Assembly (NCBI GenBank): GCA_028717385.1
Contig: JAQUNW010000003.1
Span: 12,640 to 76,639, forward strand
Reading direction: 5' to 3'
Length of the DNA: 64,000 nt
From: Dehalococcoidales bacterium
Lineage (GTDB): Bacteria; Chloroflexota; Dehalococcoidia; Dehalococcoidales; CSSed11-197
The notes under the pieces are model-generated. The model was not told the origin of the DNA. It ran no database searches and worked only from the letters and a program-made list of their open reading frames with translations. Both the position numbers and the translations under genes were made by a program. Shown piece after piece: positions 45,536-56,092 of the stretch (its first letter is position 1; every line of letters begins with the position of its first letter).

Positions 45536-46009
45536 ATGATTGTACCAATTGGCACCAATGCAATCTATGTTTCTTTAACCCGGGTTACTGCCAATGATCA
45601 GGGCATTATGGAAACAAGCGGGGATCTTATCAAAAGCATTGACGGAGGTAACTCATGGAATACTTCTCGCATGGGGCTAAACACCACGCAGGCTTTTGGA
45701 ACAGTAGTTGTAAATGGGCTTGACTCAGATTTCGTGTACCTTCTAACCAGAGAAGATGGTATATACATAAATGAGCACAGAGGTGACGACTGGAATCTTT
45801 TACCAATAGAAACGCCTTACCAGCCGGAAGATCCAACCAGCTATGAACCAACGCTGCAACCGACTACAACTATTCCCGTAACTTTTCCTTCGCCTCAACA
45901 CCCCTCGCCCAACGGGAATTTTGCCATATGGATTTTGTTGATATCAGGGGCACTTATAATTACAGGAATAATAGTGATTGTTCTAAAAACAGCGAAACGC
46001 AAGTATTAA
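45536..46009 (+). CDS. BNR-repeat fragment with Pro/Thr linker and C-terminal TM anchor
   Basis: 157 aa with an SxDxGxxW repeat (SIDGGNSW) and a degenerate second repeat (HRGDDW), then a PT linker and a TM helix. There is no signal peptide, so it may be the remnant of a larger propeller protein. Confidence 0.4.
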   Translation: MIVPIGTNAIYVSLTRVTANDQGIMETSGDLIKSIDGGNSWNTSRMGLNTTQAFGTVVVNGLDSDFVYLLTREDGIYINEHRGDDWNLLPIETPYQPEDPTSYEPTLQPTTTIPVTFPSPQHPSPNGNFAIWILLISGALIITGIIVIVLKTAKRKY

Positions 46010-46032
46010 TTGAGGCGGTTTACTATAAAACG

Positions 46033-46509
46033 TTACAGCTTCTTGTAGTATGTTATCCGGTGATCACCAGGAGCGTAAAAATCTGGAATGCAAGATACTT
46101 GACAGTAGCCATGAGAAGAATAAAATTTGCGGGTCTTTTCATATTCTGGTATCGATGAGGTTTCTATAAGCGCCAGTTTTCCTCCCAGTAGGCGGATGTT
46201 AGTCTCCGCTTCATTGATTAATGATGAACCAATGCCAAAGCCTTGTCGTGCGGGAATTACGGCTTCCCAGTAAATGTCCCAGGTACTCTCGGTGAGGGGA
46301 GTAGGGCCATAGCAAATATATCCAACCAAAACATGGTTTTCTTCAGCTACCAGAATGTGGTATCCAGAATTGGTGCCTTTGCCAAGATATTCGTCAACCA
46401 GTTCTTTGGCGATGGTGATTTCTATTGGTTTGAATTGAGGAATTGTTTCAAGTAAATAGACAATTTCAGACTTGTCCTGTGCACTCATTTGGCGGATTAC
46501 AATACTCAT
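46033..46509 (-). CDS. GNAT family N-acetyltransferase
   Basis: 158 aa with the acetyl-CoA motif RQGFGIGSSL. Its start lies 1 nt after the stop of the upstream ATP-grasp gene. Confidence 0.8.
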   Translation of the reverse strand: MSIVIRQMSAQDKSEIVYLLETIPQFKPIEITIAKELVDEYLGKGTNSGYHILVAEENHVLVGYICYGPTPLTESTWDIYWEAVIPARQGFGIGSSLINEAETNIRLLGGKLALIETSSIPEYEKTRKFYSSHGYCQVSCIPDFYAPGDHRITYYKKL

Positions 46510-46510
46510 A

Positions 46511-47500
46511 TCAACTATTATCCAGTGCCTGTTCGATAATTATCTTAATCAATTCTGTATATGTCAGCCCGGCTGCTGCAGCTTGTTTAGCGCAGCCTGC
46601 ATCTGGGGAGATATCTGGGTTCGGGTTTACCTCTAACACATAGAAACTCCCATAATCATCCTGGCGGATATCAACTCTGGAGTATCCATGGCAGCCACAG
46701 GCTTTATAGGCGTTAATAGATAGTTCTCTGATTTTAGATTCATCTCTTCGTGATGTTTTAGCCGGGCAAACAGATTGGGTTTGTTTGTAGTATAAACTAT
46801 CCGGATTCCATTTAGATTCAAACGTAAGAATCCTGGGCATTTCGGATGGGAGGTCATACACAATTTCAGATACTGGCAGCACCTTATTGCCAAGCACAGT
46901 TGCATTAAACTCTTTACCATCAATGAATTCTTCAACCAGAGCCGGTTTTCCTGAAGTTAGCAGAATTCGTTCCAAAACGCTATTAAGGCTTTCCGGTGAA
47001 TATATAACGTTGTCAATATAAATGCCGTGACTGGCATCTTCCTGTGAAGGTTTTGCGATAACCGGGTAGTTAATTGTTAACTCTCCCGGGGAAGACGAAT
47101 CAAGAATTTGGAAATCAGGTGTAGGGATGCCTTTCTTTTTAAAAGTGTTTTTAGAAAGCACCTTATCCAATCCAATCTCAAGAGCCTCTGGTGGATTACC
47201 GGTATATGGGATATCCAGGTTATGGCAACCTTTGGCAATTTCAACCTCGGTTTCCGGTTGGCCGTCGAATCCTTCAAAGAGATTGAATATCACCGAAGCC
47301 TTGATACGGCTAACGGTATCAAGCGCTTCATCAAGTGGGGGTGAAAGCGGCACTAAAAAAGACTGGCAGCTAAGCTCCAGCAGGGCATTCTCAACTGCAG
47401 CAACAGCGTTTAGTACTCCTTTAATGGCCGCATCTTCATCAGATGCAGTATAACGCGAGGGCGCTGGTTTATTGTAAATAATTGCTATATCTGGATGCAT
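46511..47500 (-). CDS. ATP-grasp ligase, D-alanine--D-alanine ligase-like (copy 2)
   Basis: 329 aa with YPVIAKPSQEDASHGI and SRVDIRQDDYGSFYVLEVNPNPD. It overlaps the upstream gene by 16 nt. Confidence 0.75.
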   Translation of the reverse strand: MHPDIAIIYNKPAPSRYTASDEDAAIKGVLNAVAAVENALLELSCQSFLVPLSPPLDEALDTVSRIKASVIFNLFEGFDGQPETEVEIAKGCHNLDIPYTGNPPEALEIGLDKVLSKNTFKKKGIPTPDFQILDSSSPGELTINYPVIAKPSQEDASHGIYIDNVIYSPESLNSVLERILLTSGKPALVEEFIDGKEFNATVLGNKVLPVSEIVYDLPSEMPRILTFESKWNPDSLYYKQTQSVCPAKTSRRDESKIRELSINAYKACGCHGYSRVDIRQDDYGSFYVLEVNPNPDISPDAGCAKQAAAAGLTYTELIKIIIEQALDNS

Positions 47501-48492
47501 TGCGGATATCTTTCGAGCGCAGCTGAAAGAATCATCTGGATAAGGCTTTGGTGAGATATGCCCAGAAAGCTGGCCATTATTACCAAATCACTGTGATTGC
47601 CCAAGCCAGGAAGCGGATTAATCTCGATAAAATAAGGTTGCCCCTGTTTATCGATTCTAAAATCAAGCCTGGCCATATCCAGGCAGCCGAGTAATGAGTA
47701 AATCTTGAGGCTGGTCTTTTTTATTTCTTCTAATACCGTCTTTGGTAAATTGGCAGGGCATTCATAATCGACCTGGTTTACATAATCCCGCTTTACTTCA
47801 ATTGAATACATGAACATTTCGTGCCGATGTTTGGGCTTGATTTCCATTATCCCAAGAACATCGGGTTTATGAGAGCCAATAATTCCCACTGTTACTTCTC
47901 TGCCAGATATATACTGTTCTATCATCACTGGCTGATTATATCCAACCAGTGATGTTGTGCAGAGTGCTTTTGCTTCCTGGACATTTTGCGCAAGAGAGCA
48001 ATTATGGATTCCGATGCTTGAACCTTCATGGGCAGGTTTTACAACCAAAGGGAAGCCAATATTATCCCAAGATACTCTATCTGCCGATTGCTTATCACTC
48101 ACAACCAGCCAGTGAGGTGTAACTATGCCGGAAGCTTTGAGAATATGCTTGGTTAGTGGTTTATCAAGACAGATCGAAAGACATTGGGGGGATGAACCAG
48201 TATAGGGAATGTTATACATTTCAAGCACTGACGGAACCTGCGCCTCGCGTGATGGATAGTTCCCGCGACCTTCGCTGATGTTAAAAACAAGTTCGGCATC
48301 AGTACCTGCGCACATATTACTAAGAAATTCCAAACCCCCACCCAGATGTATCACCGTATGGCCAAGTGCCTCAAGAGAAGAAGAAATCAACTGAACGGTT
48401 TCAACCGAGTCGTATTCTTCTGCAATATCTTCCGGCAAGCCGGGTTTCAGATCAAAGCTGGTTTTGAGATCGTAAGTGAGACCGATGTGCAT
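47485..48492 (-). CDS. ATP-grasp ligase, D-alanine--D-alanine ligase-like (copy 1)
   Basis: 335 aa from the ATG at 48492 (MHIGLTYDLK), with FPLVVKPAHEGSSIGI and ARLDFRIDKQGQPYFIEINPLPG. The start lies 1 nt after the kamA TAA. The track ORF extends spuriously to 48687. Confidence 0.78.
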   Translation of the reverse strand: MHIGLTYDLKTSFDLKPGLPEDIAEEYDSVETVQLISSSLEALGHTVIHLGGGLEFLSNMCAGTDAELVFNISEGRGNYPSREAQVPSVLEMYNIPYTGSSPQCLSICLDKPLTKHILKASGIVTPHWLVVSDKQSADRVSWDNIGFPLVVKPAHEGSSIGIHNCSLAQNVQEAKALCTTSLVGYNQPVMIEQYISGREVTVGIIGSHKPDVLGIMEIKPKHRHEMFMYSIEVKRDYVNQVDYECPANLPKTVLEEIKKTSLKIYSLLGCLDMARLDFRIDKQGQPYFIEINPLPGLGNHSDLVIMASFLGISHQSLIQMILSAALERYPQCIQI

Positions 48493-48493
48493 A

Positions 48494-49810
48494 TTACGAT
48501 TCTGCCCCCGAGTATGCATGGGCAGGTGGTATCGAAACAACTCTTTCAGAATTGTTGGGTTGTTCGTACGATTCTGCCGATGGATTCCTATATGAATATA
48601 GATTGCCTCGATAATTTTTAAATAACATCGATCCTGGATTAATCGCTGCAATGTAGTCGGGCAGCAGAGGCACCTTGCCACCACCATCTGGTAAATCGAC
48701 TACGAACGAGGGGATTCCCATCCCGGAAGTATGGCCGCGCATTCCAGCGATAATCTCAATGCCTTTTTCTACGGGTGTACGTAAATGCTCAGCTCCTCGT
48801 ACCTCATCGCATTGGAAGAGGTAATAAGGCCGAACCTTTATTTTCAGCAATCCCTGGCAAAGAGCCAGCTGATCTTGAACGCTATCGTTAATACCTTTCA
48901 AAAGAACCGATTGGTTGTTAACCGGAATACCGTGCCGAAGCAGGCGTTCGCATGCTGCAGCAGACTGTGGCGTGATTTCATTCACAGTATTGAAGTGAGT
49001 ATTGAACCACACCGGGCTATAGCGAGATAGCATTTCGCATAATTCGTCATCGACGCGTTGAGGCAGCACTACCGGGAATCGGGACCCGATGCGAATTATT
49101 TCTACATGACTGATACTACGCAGTGAAGATAAAATACTCTCCAGGCGTGCTGTGCTGAGGCTGAGTGGATCTCCGCCCGAAACAATCACATCCCTGATTT
49201 CCGTATGAGAGCGTATATAATCGAACATTGCCTCAAATTCTTCCTTGGAGTGGACCATGCCTTTATGATTCCAGTCACGTTTACGAGTGCAATGCCGGCA
49301 AAGCATTGGGCAAATATTGGTTGAAACCATTAGAGCCCTATCGCTATAGCGGTGAACAAGGCCGGGTACTACTGAATCTCCCTTTTCATCCAGCGGATCA
49401 TCGTAACCTTGCATATGTTCATCGATTTCAAGTATAGAGGGTACCGATTGCCTTCTCACCGGATCGTTAGCATCGTTTGCATTTATGAGAGTGAGGTAAT
49501 AAGGCGTAATTGAAATTGGGTAGCGAAGGGTAACCTTTTCAAGGCTTTGGATTTCTTCAAAAGACAGCGGTAAGTAGCGAGCAAGCTCTTGAATTGTGGT
49601 AATACGATTCTGGAATTGCCACTTCCAGTTGTTCCAAAGTTCATCAGAAACAAACGGGAAGTATTTGCTTCGATTGGAGAAGGGTTGGGGAGGTTCGCTG
49701 GACGTACCGGGAGGTTCTGTTTCTTCCGTGCTTTCCGATGAGGCAGCATCAGGTATAACAATATTAGATTGCCTGGATTCAACCGAGGGATTTACAACCC
49801 CATGTTTCAC
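48494..49810 (-). CDS. kamA: lysine 2,3-aminomutase family radical SAM enzyme (KamA-like)
   Basis: 438 aa with the radical SAM motif CPMLCRHC, then VRPYYLFQCDEVRGAEHLRTP and FVVDLPDGGGK. The GTG start is preceded by AAGGAG. It carries an N-terminal extension of about 50 aa rich in S/E/P. Confidence 0.85.
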   Translation of the reverse strand: MKHGVVNPSVESRQSNIVIPDAASSESTEETEPPGTSSEPPQPFSNRSKYFPFVSDELWNNWKWQFQNRITTIQELARYLPLSFEEIQSLEKVTLRYPISITPYYLTLINANDANDPVRRQSVPSILEIDEHMQGYDDPLDEKGDSVVPGLVHRYSDRALMVSTNICPMLCRHCTRKRDWNHKGMVHSKEEFEAMFDYIRSHTEIRDVIVSGGDPLSLSTARLESILSSLRSISHVEIIRIGSRFPVVLPQRVDDELCEMLSRYSPVWFNTHFNTVNEITPQSAAACERLLRHGIPVNNQSVLLKGINDSVQDQLALCQGLLKIKVRPYYLFQCDEVRGAEHLRTPVEKGIEIIAGMRGHTSGMGIPSFVVDLPDGGGKVPLLPDYIAAINPGSMLFKNYRGNLYSYRNPSAESYEQPNNSERVVSIPPAHAYSGAES

Positions 49811-49942
49811 TTGTTTACTTTCTCCTTTTGTTATCTAGTTTAATTAAACAGGAATTATATTTCTAGAATACTAATTATACAATAAGCGCTAAAGAATTCA
49901 AATAGTTTTTAGAAATACGAAAAGTATATTTAAAACAAAAAG

Positions 49943-50758
49943 TTAAGTGCTAACCACAGATACAATCAACCTGATTGCAACTGCAAGAAGACCTAAAGCG
50001 AGGAAGCGGATAATTACTTGCCCGGGCACTTTTTTGGAATATTTTGCACCGACTTGAGCCCCGGCTATAGCTCCCAATGAGAGAAGAAGTGCAATTGCAA
50101 AACCATCAGCAAAGCTTTCTCTGATAATATGGGTTATCAGGGCTGAAAACGTCGTGATGGAAATAACCATATGAGAAGTTGCAGTGGCTATATGCACTGG
50201 GTAGGAAAGCAGGTTGCACATAGCTGGGACGTGTATAATACCTCCTCCGATACCCAGCAGCCCTGCAACAAAGCCGGTAAAAAAAGCCAGAACAATACCC
50301 AGTTTGAGAGAATATGAAAAACTGTGTTTGGTACCTTCGGAGTCAGTTATTTCGCGTTTAGTGGTACCGTTAAGGCTGCAAGAGTTGGATTTTTGAACAC
50401 CGGGCTTTACTAACAGATAAATGGATAGAGCAATCAATACGACGCTAAATATGAGCTGAAACGAGTTTCGGCCAAGCAGACCGGTGACGTTGGCTCCTAT
50501 GATAGCACCCGGTATACCGGCCAGTGAAAAAATCAATGCAGACCGAAAATCAATTCTCTTCAGCCGGCTGTAAGCAAGAGTTCCAGAAAAGGAATTAAAG
50601 AAAGTAACTGTGAGGGTTATTGCAGTAATGGTTGAGGGGCTATAATCCGGGTATATTAATAACAGAACAGGGACAAGAATAAAGCCGCCGCCAGCGCCGA
50701 TAAGCGTTCCGAAACCACCCACCAGAAATCCGATAATTGGCAGAAGAAACCAGGGCAA
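49943..50758 (-). CDS. TauE/SafE (DUF81) family anion exporter
   Basis: 271 aa with 7-8 TM segments and the duplicated G-rich motifs (GAGGGFILVP, GIGGGIIHVP) typical of the family. Confidence 0.8.
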   Translation of the reverse strand: MPWFLLPIIGFLVGGFGTLIGAGGGFILVPVLLLIYPDYSPSTITAITLTVTFFNSFSGTLAYSRLKRIDFRSALIFSLAGIPGAIIGANVTGLLGRNSFQLIFSVVLIALSIYLLVKPGVQKSNSCSLNGTTKREITDSEGTKHSFSYSLKLGIVLAFFTGFVAGLLGIGGGIIHVPAMCNLLSYPVHIATATSHMVISITTFSALITHIIRESFADGFAIALLLSLGAIAGAQVGAKYSKKVPGQVIIRFLALGLLAVAIRLIVSVVST

Positions 50759-50934
50759 GAAGTTACTCCTGTGATTAATTTAGTGCCATTATAGAGTTTT
50801 TAACCGTTACTGAACAACCGCAACAGGAGATGGCAGCGGTTAAAACGCCTGTCATTGACGGTATGGTTAAAAACTTACATAATTAAAGAGCTTGAGCTGA
50901 TTTTATCAGCGGGGTATAAGGAGAAAAATAAAAG

Positions 50935-51381
50935 ATGGTTGCCAGAATTCAAAAAATATTGAGATATACTGTGTTTTTTACACTTGGTTTTGCGGTAGCG
51001 GGGGCGATTTTAGGTTTTATGCTTAGCAGCCAGGATGAACGAGAGTGGATCTGGATTGCCGGATTTGCTCTAATTGGGGGATTCGCCGGCGCCGCCATTG
51101 CTCTTGTAACAGGCCGTTATAAAATGCTTTTCAAGCTGGTTGTAGCCGGAGCTATAGTGGGCGCTTTAAGCCAATGGATGATAATTGCATCAGTCGCTGA
51201 AGAATGGTTGCAAATGACCATTTCCGGTGCAGTATTTGGAGCGTTTGCAGGCATTTCGATCCCGATGCTCGAGAGAGAGAAGAAATTACCCGTTGAAAAA
51301 ACTTTTGAATGTGATGAGTGTGGCCGCAAGGTAGGCAAGGACGACAAGTTTTGTGCAGGTTGTGGAACTGAATTCGAATAA
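50935..51381 (+). CDS. membrane protein with C-terminal zinc ribbon
   Basis: 148 aa with four predicted TM helices, then CDECGRKV..DKFCAGCG. Confidence 0.55.
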   Translation: MVARIQKILRYTVFFTLGFAVAGAILGFMLSSQDEREWIWIAGFALIGGFAGAAIALVTGRYKMLFKLVVAGAIVGALSQWMIIASVAEEWLQMTISGAVFGAFAGISIPMLEREKKLPVEKTFECDECGRKVGKDDKFCAGCGTEFE

Positions 51382-51399
51382 TCGATTCAGTAATCGTTG

Positions 51400-53640
51400 T
51401 TATTGATATGCCTCACGTTTAAATTGCCTCAGTCTGAGTGAATTGGTTACAACCGTCACAGAGCTGAACGCCATTGCTACTGCAGCCATGATCGGGTTTA
51501 AAAAACCATATTCCCCAAGCATGAAACCGAGATATCCAGGCGCATTGCCAGAATTAAAGAAGACATAGAGTAGCCCTGCGGCAATCGGTATCAAAAGCGT
51601 ATTATAGGCAAAAGCCCAAAAGAGGTTTTGTTTTATTGTCCGCATGGTTCTCCAGCCCAGCCGAATAGCATTTACCATGCCTTCAAGTTTTCCTTTCATG
51701 AGGGTAATGTCTCCGGTTTCAATTGCAATATCGCTCCCGGTTCCAATTGCAATTCCTGTATTTGCCTGGGCAAGTGCTGGAGCATCATTTATACCATCGC
51801 CCACCATTGCTACGATTTTACCCTTTTCCTGTAAATCCTTAATGACTTTAGCTTTGTCTTGTGGTAATACTCCAGCAATGACTTTTTCAATGCCTGCCTT
51901 ATCGGCAATAGCCATGGCAGTTTCATGATTATCGCCCGTCAGCATTACCAAATCCAGATTCATTTCCCTTATTTTCTCGACCGCCCAGCGGCTTTCAGCT
52001 TTTAGTGTATCAGCAAGCGCAAAAATTGCCACAGGAGCCTTGTCAACTACCATTATCATGATGGTTTTCCCTTGTTGTTTTAAAGAATGCGCTGCAACAG
52101 CTAGTTCGCCCAGCTCTATATTAATCTTCTGTAATAGGGCTTCATTACCTATAACCACAGTTTTGCCCTGGTATACAGCTTTTACCCCCATGCCGGATAC
52201 GGACATAAACTTGTCTGCATCTTCAATCAAAGCGTTTTCTGCCCTGGCGTGTTTAACCAAGGCCTGCGCCAGTGGATGTTCAGAATACTTTTCTACGCTT
52301 GCGGCAATCCCAAGGGCTGAAAGTCTACCCTGATCGGTTGAGGTGATAATATCGGTAACTTCGGGAACTCCGGTTGTCAAAGTGCCGGTTTTGTCTATTA
52401 CCACAGTATTAAGGCGAGCGCATGTTTCAAGTGCGGCTGCATCGCGGATTAAAATACCGTTTTCAGCGCCTACTCCAGTGCCAACCATAATAGCAGTGGG
52501 GGTCGCTAGCCCTAATGCGCAAGGGCAGGCTATGATTAAAACAGCAATAAAATTAAGAAATGCATAAGTAAGCGAAGGTTCTGGCCCTAAAAAGTACCAC
52601 AAAATAAAAGTAAATATAGCTATCGAAACAACTACCGGCACGAATACGCCAGATACAACATCGGCGAGGCGTTGAACTGGAGCCCGCGAGCCCTGTGCTT
52701 CGTCAACCAGGCGGATTATCTGGCTTAATACAGTATCTTTACCGACACGGCTGGCTTCGAAAGTAAAGCTGCCGGTTTTATTAATAGAAGCACCTATAAC
52801 TTCATCCCCAAGGTTTTTCTCAACTGGAAGACTCTCCCCGGTAAGCATTGATTCATCAACGCTTGAAGCTCCTTTAACGATAATCCCATCAACCGGTATC
52901 TTTTCACCAGGACGAACCAGAATAATATCTCCTTTAATGACCTGGGAGACTGGAACAGAAGTCTCAACGCTTTCTCGAATGACCGTAGCTTTCTTAGGGC
53001 TCAGGTCGATCAACTTTTTTATTGCCTGGGAAGCCTGCCTTTTTGCTCTGGCTTCTAGATATTTCCCAAGAAGCACCAAGGCTATTATCATGGCGGATGT
53101 ATCAAAATATACTCCGGTTGAGATTTCGGCGGTCGAGAATAAGCGGGGGAAAAGCACAACCGCCACGCTGTAGAAGTACGCTGCTGAAGTACCAATTGCT
53201 ATCAGCGTGTTCATATCAGCGGTTTTATTTTTAAGTGCACTCCAGGCTCCTTTATAAAAGCCGGCACCTGCCCAGAATTGAACTGGAGTGGCTATCAGCC
53301 ACAAAAGATACTCAACATGTTCAAAGTGGGCAAAAAAGTGGATAAGCATGATAATAACAGATGCAATAGCGGCAAAGATAAAGCGTATTTTTGCCTGTTT
53401 GTCTGTATTATCTAATACAGCCGGAGTAGTTTCTGGGGAAGCCTGGAAACCGGCATTTTCAACGGCCTTAATCAAATCTTGTGTACTAACTTTGCCTTGG
53501 TGGGTTATTGTAGCTTTTTCAGAAGCGAGATTTACATAGGCGTTTTCTACGCCAGGTACAGCCAGTAATGCTTTTTCGGTACGCCCAACACATGCTGCAC
53601 AATGCATTCCACTGATTTTAAGAACAGTTTTTTCTGCCAT
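51400..53640 (-). CDS. copA: copper-translocating P1B-type ATPase
   Basis: HMA domain [10 protein letters not shown], the TGES and CPC ([10 protein letters not shown]) motifs, DKTGT, and GDGINDAP. I start it at the Met at 53640 ([11 protein letters not shown]); the track ORF extends to 53685. Confidence 0.9.
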   Translation of the reverse strand: MAEKTVLKISGMHCAACVGRTEKALLAVPGVENAYVNLASEKATITHQGKVSTQDLIKAVENAGFQASPETTPAVLDNTDKQAKIRFIFAAIASVIIMLIHFFAHFEHVEYLLWLIATPVQFWAGAGFYKGAWSALKNKTADMNTLIAIGTSAAYFYSVAVVLFPRLFSTAEISTGVYFDTSAMIIALVLLGKYLEARAKRQASQAIKKLIDLSPKKATVIRESVETSVPVSQVIKGDIILVRPGEKIPVDGIIVKGASSVDESMLTGESLPVEKNLGDEVIGASINKTGSFTFEASRVGKDTVLSQIIRLVDEAQGSRAPVQRLADVVSGVFVPVVVSIAIFTFILWYFLGPEPSLTYAFLNFIAVLIIACPCALGLATPTAIMVGTGVGAENGILIRDAAALETCARLNTVVIDKTGTLTTGVPEVTDIITSTDQGRLSALGIAASVEKYSEHPLAQALVKHARAENALIEDADKFMSVSGMGVKAVYQGKTVVIGNEALLQKINIELGELAVAAHSLKQQGKTIMIMVVDKAPVAIFALADTLKAESRWAVEKIREMNLDLVMLTGDNHETAMAIADKAGIEKVIAGVLPQDKAKVIKDLQEKGKIVAMVGDGINDAPALAQANTGIAIGTGSDIAIETGDITLMKGKLEGMVNAIRLGWRTMRTIKQNLFWAFAYNTLLIPIAAGLLYVFFNSGNAPGYLGFMLGEYGFLNPIMAAVAMAFSSVTVVTNSLRLRQFKREAYQ

Positions 53641-53775
53641 TTGCTCTTCTCTGGTAAATTGGTTTTGTGGGTAATATAATAGCATATTCTATAATGGTAC
53701 CTAAGTAAAAATAATTATAAAGAGTTTATATTGGCGAGTGGCATTCTTTGACTATTCGTCTTAACACAATCTAAA

Positions 53776-54999
53776 GTGATAAATACGTTTATTTCCACTC
53801 GAAAGACAGTCACCAAGTTTGTTTCACGCTTCGATAGGGGAATTTGGCTGGTCAGCCTGATTAATCTATTGCTGGCAATAGGTTTTTCAATGTGCATTCC
53901 CTTTCTTGCTCTTTATCTTCATCAGGATCGCGGTGTGTCTATGGCCTTGGTGGGGATCATAATTCTGGTAGCGGGTTTGAGTTCAGCAGTATTTGAGCTG
54001 GTTGGCGGTGAGTTGTGTGACCGGTTGGGACGAAGACCGCTGGTTCTATTTTCCGTTATATCAAGAAGTGTTGTGTATATAGTGATGGCCTTTCTGGTTA
54101 ACTCGGGTGCTCCGGTCTGGAGCATTGCTCTTGCTTTTGTGGCTTCGCAAGCGCTGGGATCGATAGGAAAACCGGCTACACAAGCTATGATTACCGACCT
54201 CGCTCCTCCCCGGCTCCTCACCGAATCCTTTGGAATACTCAGAATCGGGATAAATGTTGGGTGGGCAGCAGGTCCGGCAATTGGAGGCTATCTAGCCGCC
54301 TTCATGCCTTACGGATGGTTGTTTGGTGTTGCGGCAGGAATCAGTATTATTACCGCAGTTATTGCTTTCTTTCTAAAAGAATCGATTGTTCAAAAAAATC
54401 ATAAAACCGATTTCCGCGGATTGTTAAAGGTCAGTCGCAATGTTTCATTTATGTTGTTTATATTTTTTAATCTGCTTTTTTTCACTGCCATGGGCCAAAT
54501 GATGAGCACTCTTTCTATCTATATGGTTGACCGTGTTGGTTACACAACCGCCCAATATGGTTTGCTGTTGACGGTTAATGGATTGCTGGTAATTATTCTG
54601 CAATACCCCATAGCAAGAAACATAGACCGTTTTTCAAGAAGCCGGGTGATTGTGGCGGGATGTCTTTTATATGCTGCAGGCTACCTGATGTTTGGGTGGG
54701 TAGGGAGTTATGCCCTGGCAGTAGCGGCAATGGTATTAGTTTCATTTGGGGAAATAGCTTTTGCGCCGGCAGCAATGAGTGTTGTGGGTGAAATAGCTCC
54801 CCGTGGAGAAAAAGGGCGGTATATGGGATTCTTTGGGCTTAACCAGATTGTTGGTATTTCCATTGCCCCGTTGTTTGGGGGAATACTTTTAGACTTGTTT
54901 TTAACCAACCACATCGCAATCTGGGGCATAATTGCAGTATCTGGTGTATTTGGAGCGGCAGCCTTTGCATGGTGGGCGCGCCATTATAAAGTAGAATAA
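53776..54999 (+). CDS. MFS transporter (12 TMS)
   Basis: 407 aa with the GELCDRLGRRP loop motif between TM2 and TM3. The substrate is unknown. Confidence 0.8.
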   Translation: MINTFISTRKTVTKFVSRFDRGIWLVSLINLLLAIGFSMCIPFLALYLHQDRGVSMALVGIIILVAGLSSAVFELVGGELCDRLGRRPLVLFSVISRSVVYIVMAFLVNSGAPVWSIALAFVASQALGSIGKPATQAMITDLAPPRLLTESFGILRIGINVGWAAGPAIGGYLAAFMPYGWLFGVAAGISIITAVIAFFLKESIVQKNHKTDFRGLLKVSRNVSFMLFIFFNLLFFTAMGQMMSTLSIYMVDRVGYTTAQYGLLLTVNGLLVIILQYPIARNIDRFSRSRVIVAGCLLYAAGYLMFGWVGSYALAVAAMVLVSFGEIAFAPAAMSVVGEIAPRGEKGRYMGFFGLNQIVGISIAPLFGGILLDLFLTNHIAIWGIIAVSGVFGAAAFAWWARHYKVE

Positions 55000-55357
55000 A
55001 ACCAACCCCTCTTAATAAATACTGTATAGCTTGCAGGCAGTGAGTTTGATAACTAGATAAAGGCAAGCAACAAAGCAACCAGAGACTATCCAATTTTAGA
55101 TGACAATTCAAGAAGCGCTGAGGCTATTACATGCAATATAAACAAGATTATTATCGGGCACATAAAGAGTTTTGGATAAAATGTTGTATAAAGTAAGTCA
55201 TTGGTATGTTGCAGTTTCTTGGTGAGTGGATTATTAACGGTTAATACCAGGGAAAAGTCATACAAATCTTTCACTGGGAAAGTTATCGGTCAGATCTAAG
55301 GCTTCTCCGACCGAGGAAGCTGTAAAGCTACGTGTGTAATACGGTGAGCATAACTGC

Positions 55358-56092
55358 TTACCTGACAATATACTTAACCCATAGTCGCCAGATCCAACTG
55401 GTTAATAGCATCCAGCTAGTTTTAACGATAAAACTTGGGTATTTTATTTTAGACTGCTGGCCATTGTATATCGCTGGATGAGGTACATCCACTACTTTCG
55501 CTCCAATAACATTAAGGCGTACAAGCATGTCGTTTTCAAAAGCGTAACCTTTGTATATTCGTTTTAAAGGAATTTTTGAAAGAGCATTCGTATTAATCAC
55601 CGTATAGCCATTTTGCGGATCACTGATATGCCAGTACCCGGATGATATGCGGGTTAGTAGTGTTAGCAAATTAGTACCAAAGCGCCTGAATCGCGGCATT
55701 CCTTCGTAATGAGCAGGGCATGACATACGATTCCCTTTAGCGTAGTCTGCCTCGCCGTTTATTACTGGATCCAGTAAAGCTGGGAGGTATTCAGGCGCCA
55801 TTTGGTTGTCGCCAGCCATTATTGCAACCAAATCAACCATTTCTTCAAGTGCTAACGAGTGGCCAGTAGTTATGGCTCCGCCAAGTCCTTTATTCTGCTC
55901 CAGACTTATTATTTTAATCCTGTCATCTCTCTCAGCGAGAGCATTTGCTATTTCTGCAGTTTTATCTGTGCTGGCATCATTTACTACATATACCCGGTCA
56001 ACATACTTCGGAATACCGTTAATTACATCGGCAATAAACTTTTCTTCATTATAGGCTGGCACCACCACGGCAATTTTTTTACCTTTGTACAT
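55358..56092 (-). CDS. family 2 glycosyltransferase (polyprenyl-phosphate glycosyltransferase-like)
   Basis: 244 aa with IAVVVPAYNEE, NDASTDKT and DLVAIMAGDNQ (DxD-like), plus a C-terminal TM segment. Confidence 0.82.
   Translation of the reverse strand: MYKGKKIAVVVPAYNEEKFIADVINGIPKYVDRVYVVNDASTDKTAEIANALAERDDRIKIISLEQNKGLGGAITTGHSLALEEMVDLVAIMAGDNQMAPEYLPALLDPVINGEADYAKGNRMSCPAHYEGMPRFRRFGTNLLTLLTRISSGYWHISDPQNGYTVINTNALSKIPLKRIYKGYAFENDMLVRLNVIGAKVVDVPHPAIYNGQQSKIKYPSFIVKTSWMLLTSWIWRLWVKYIVR

Noticed and set aside
55086-55274. 62-aa minus-strand ORF in the 358-bp gap between the MFS gene and the GT2 gene.
   Set aside because: It has a hydrophobic stretch but no start context or homology that I recognise. 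The evidence is insufficient to call a gene.
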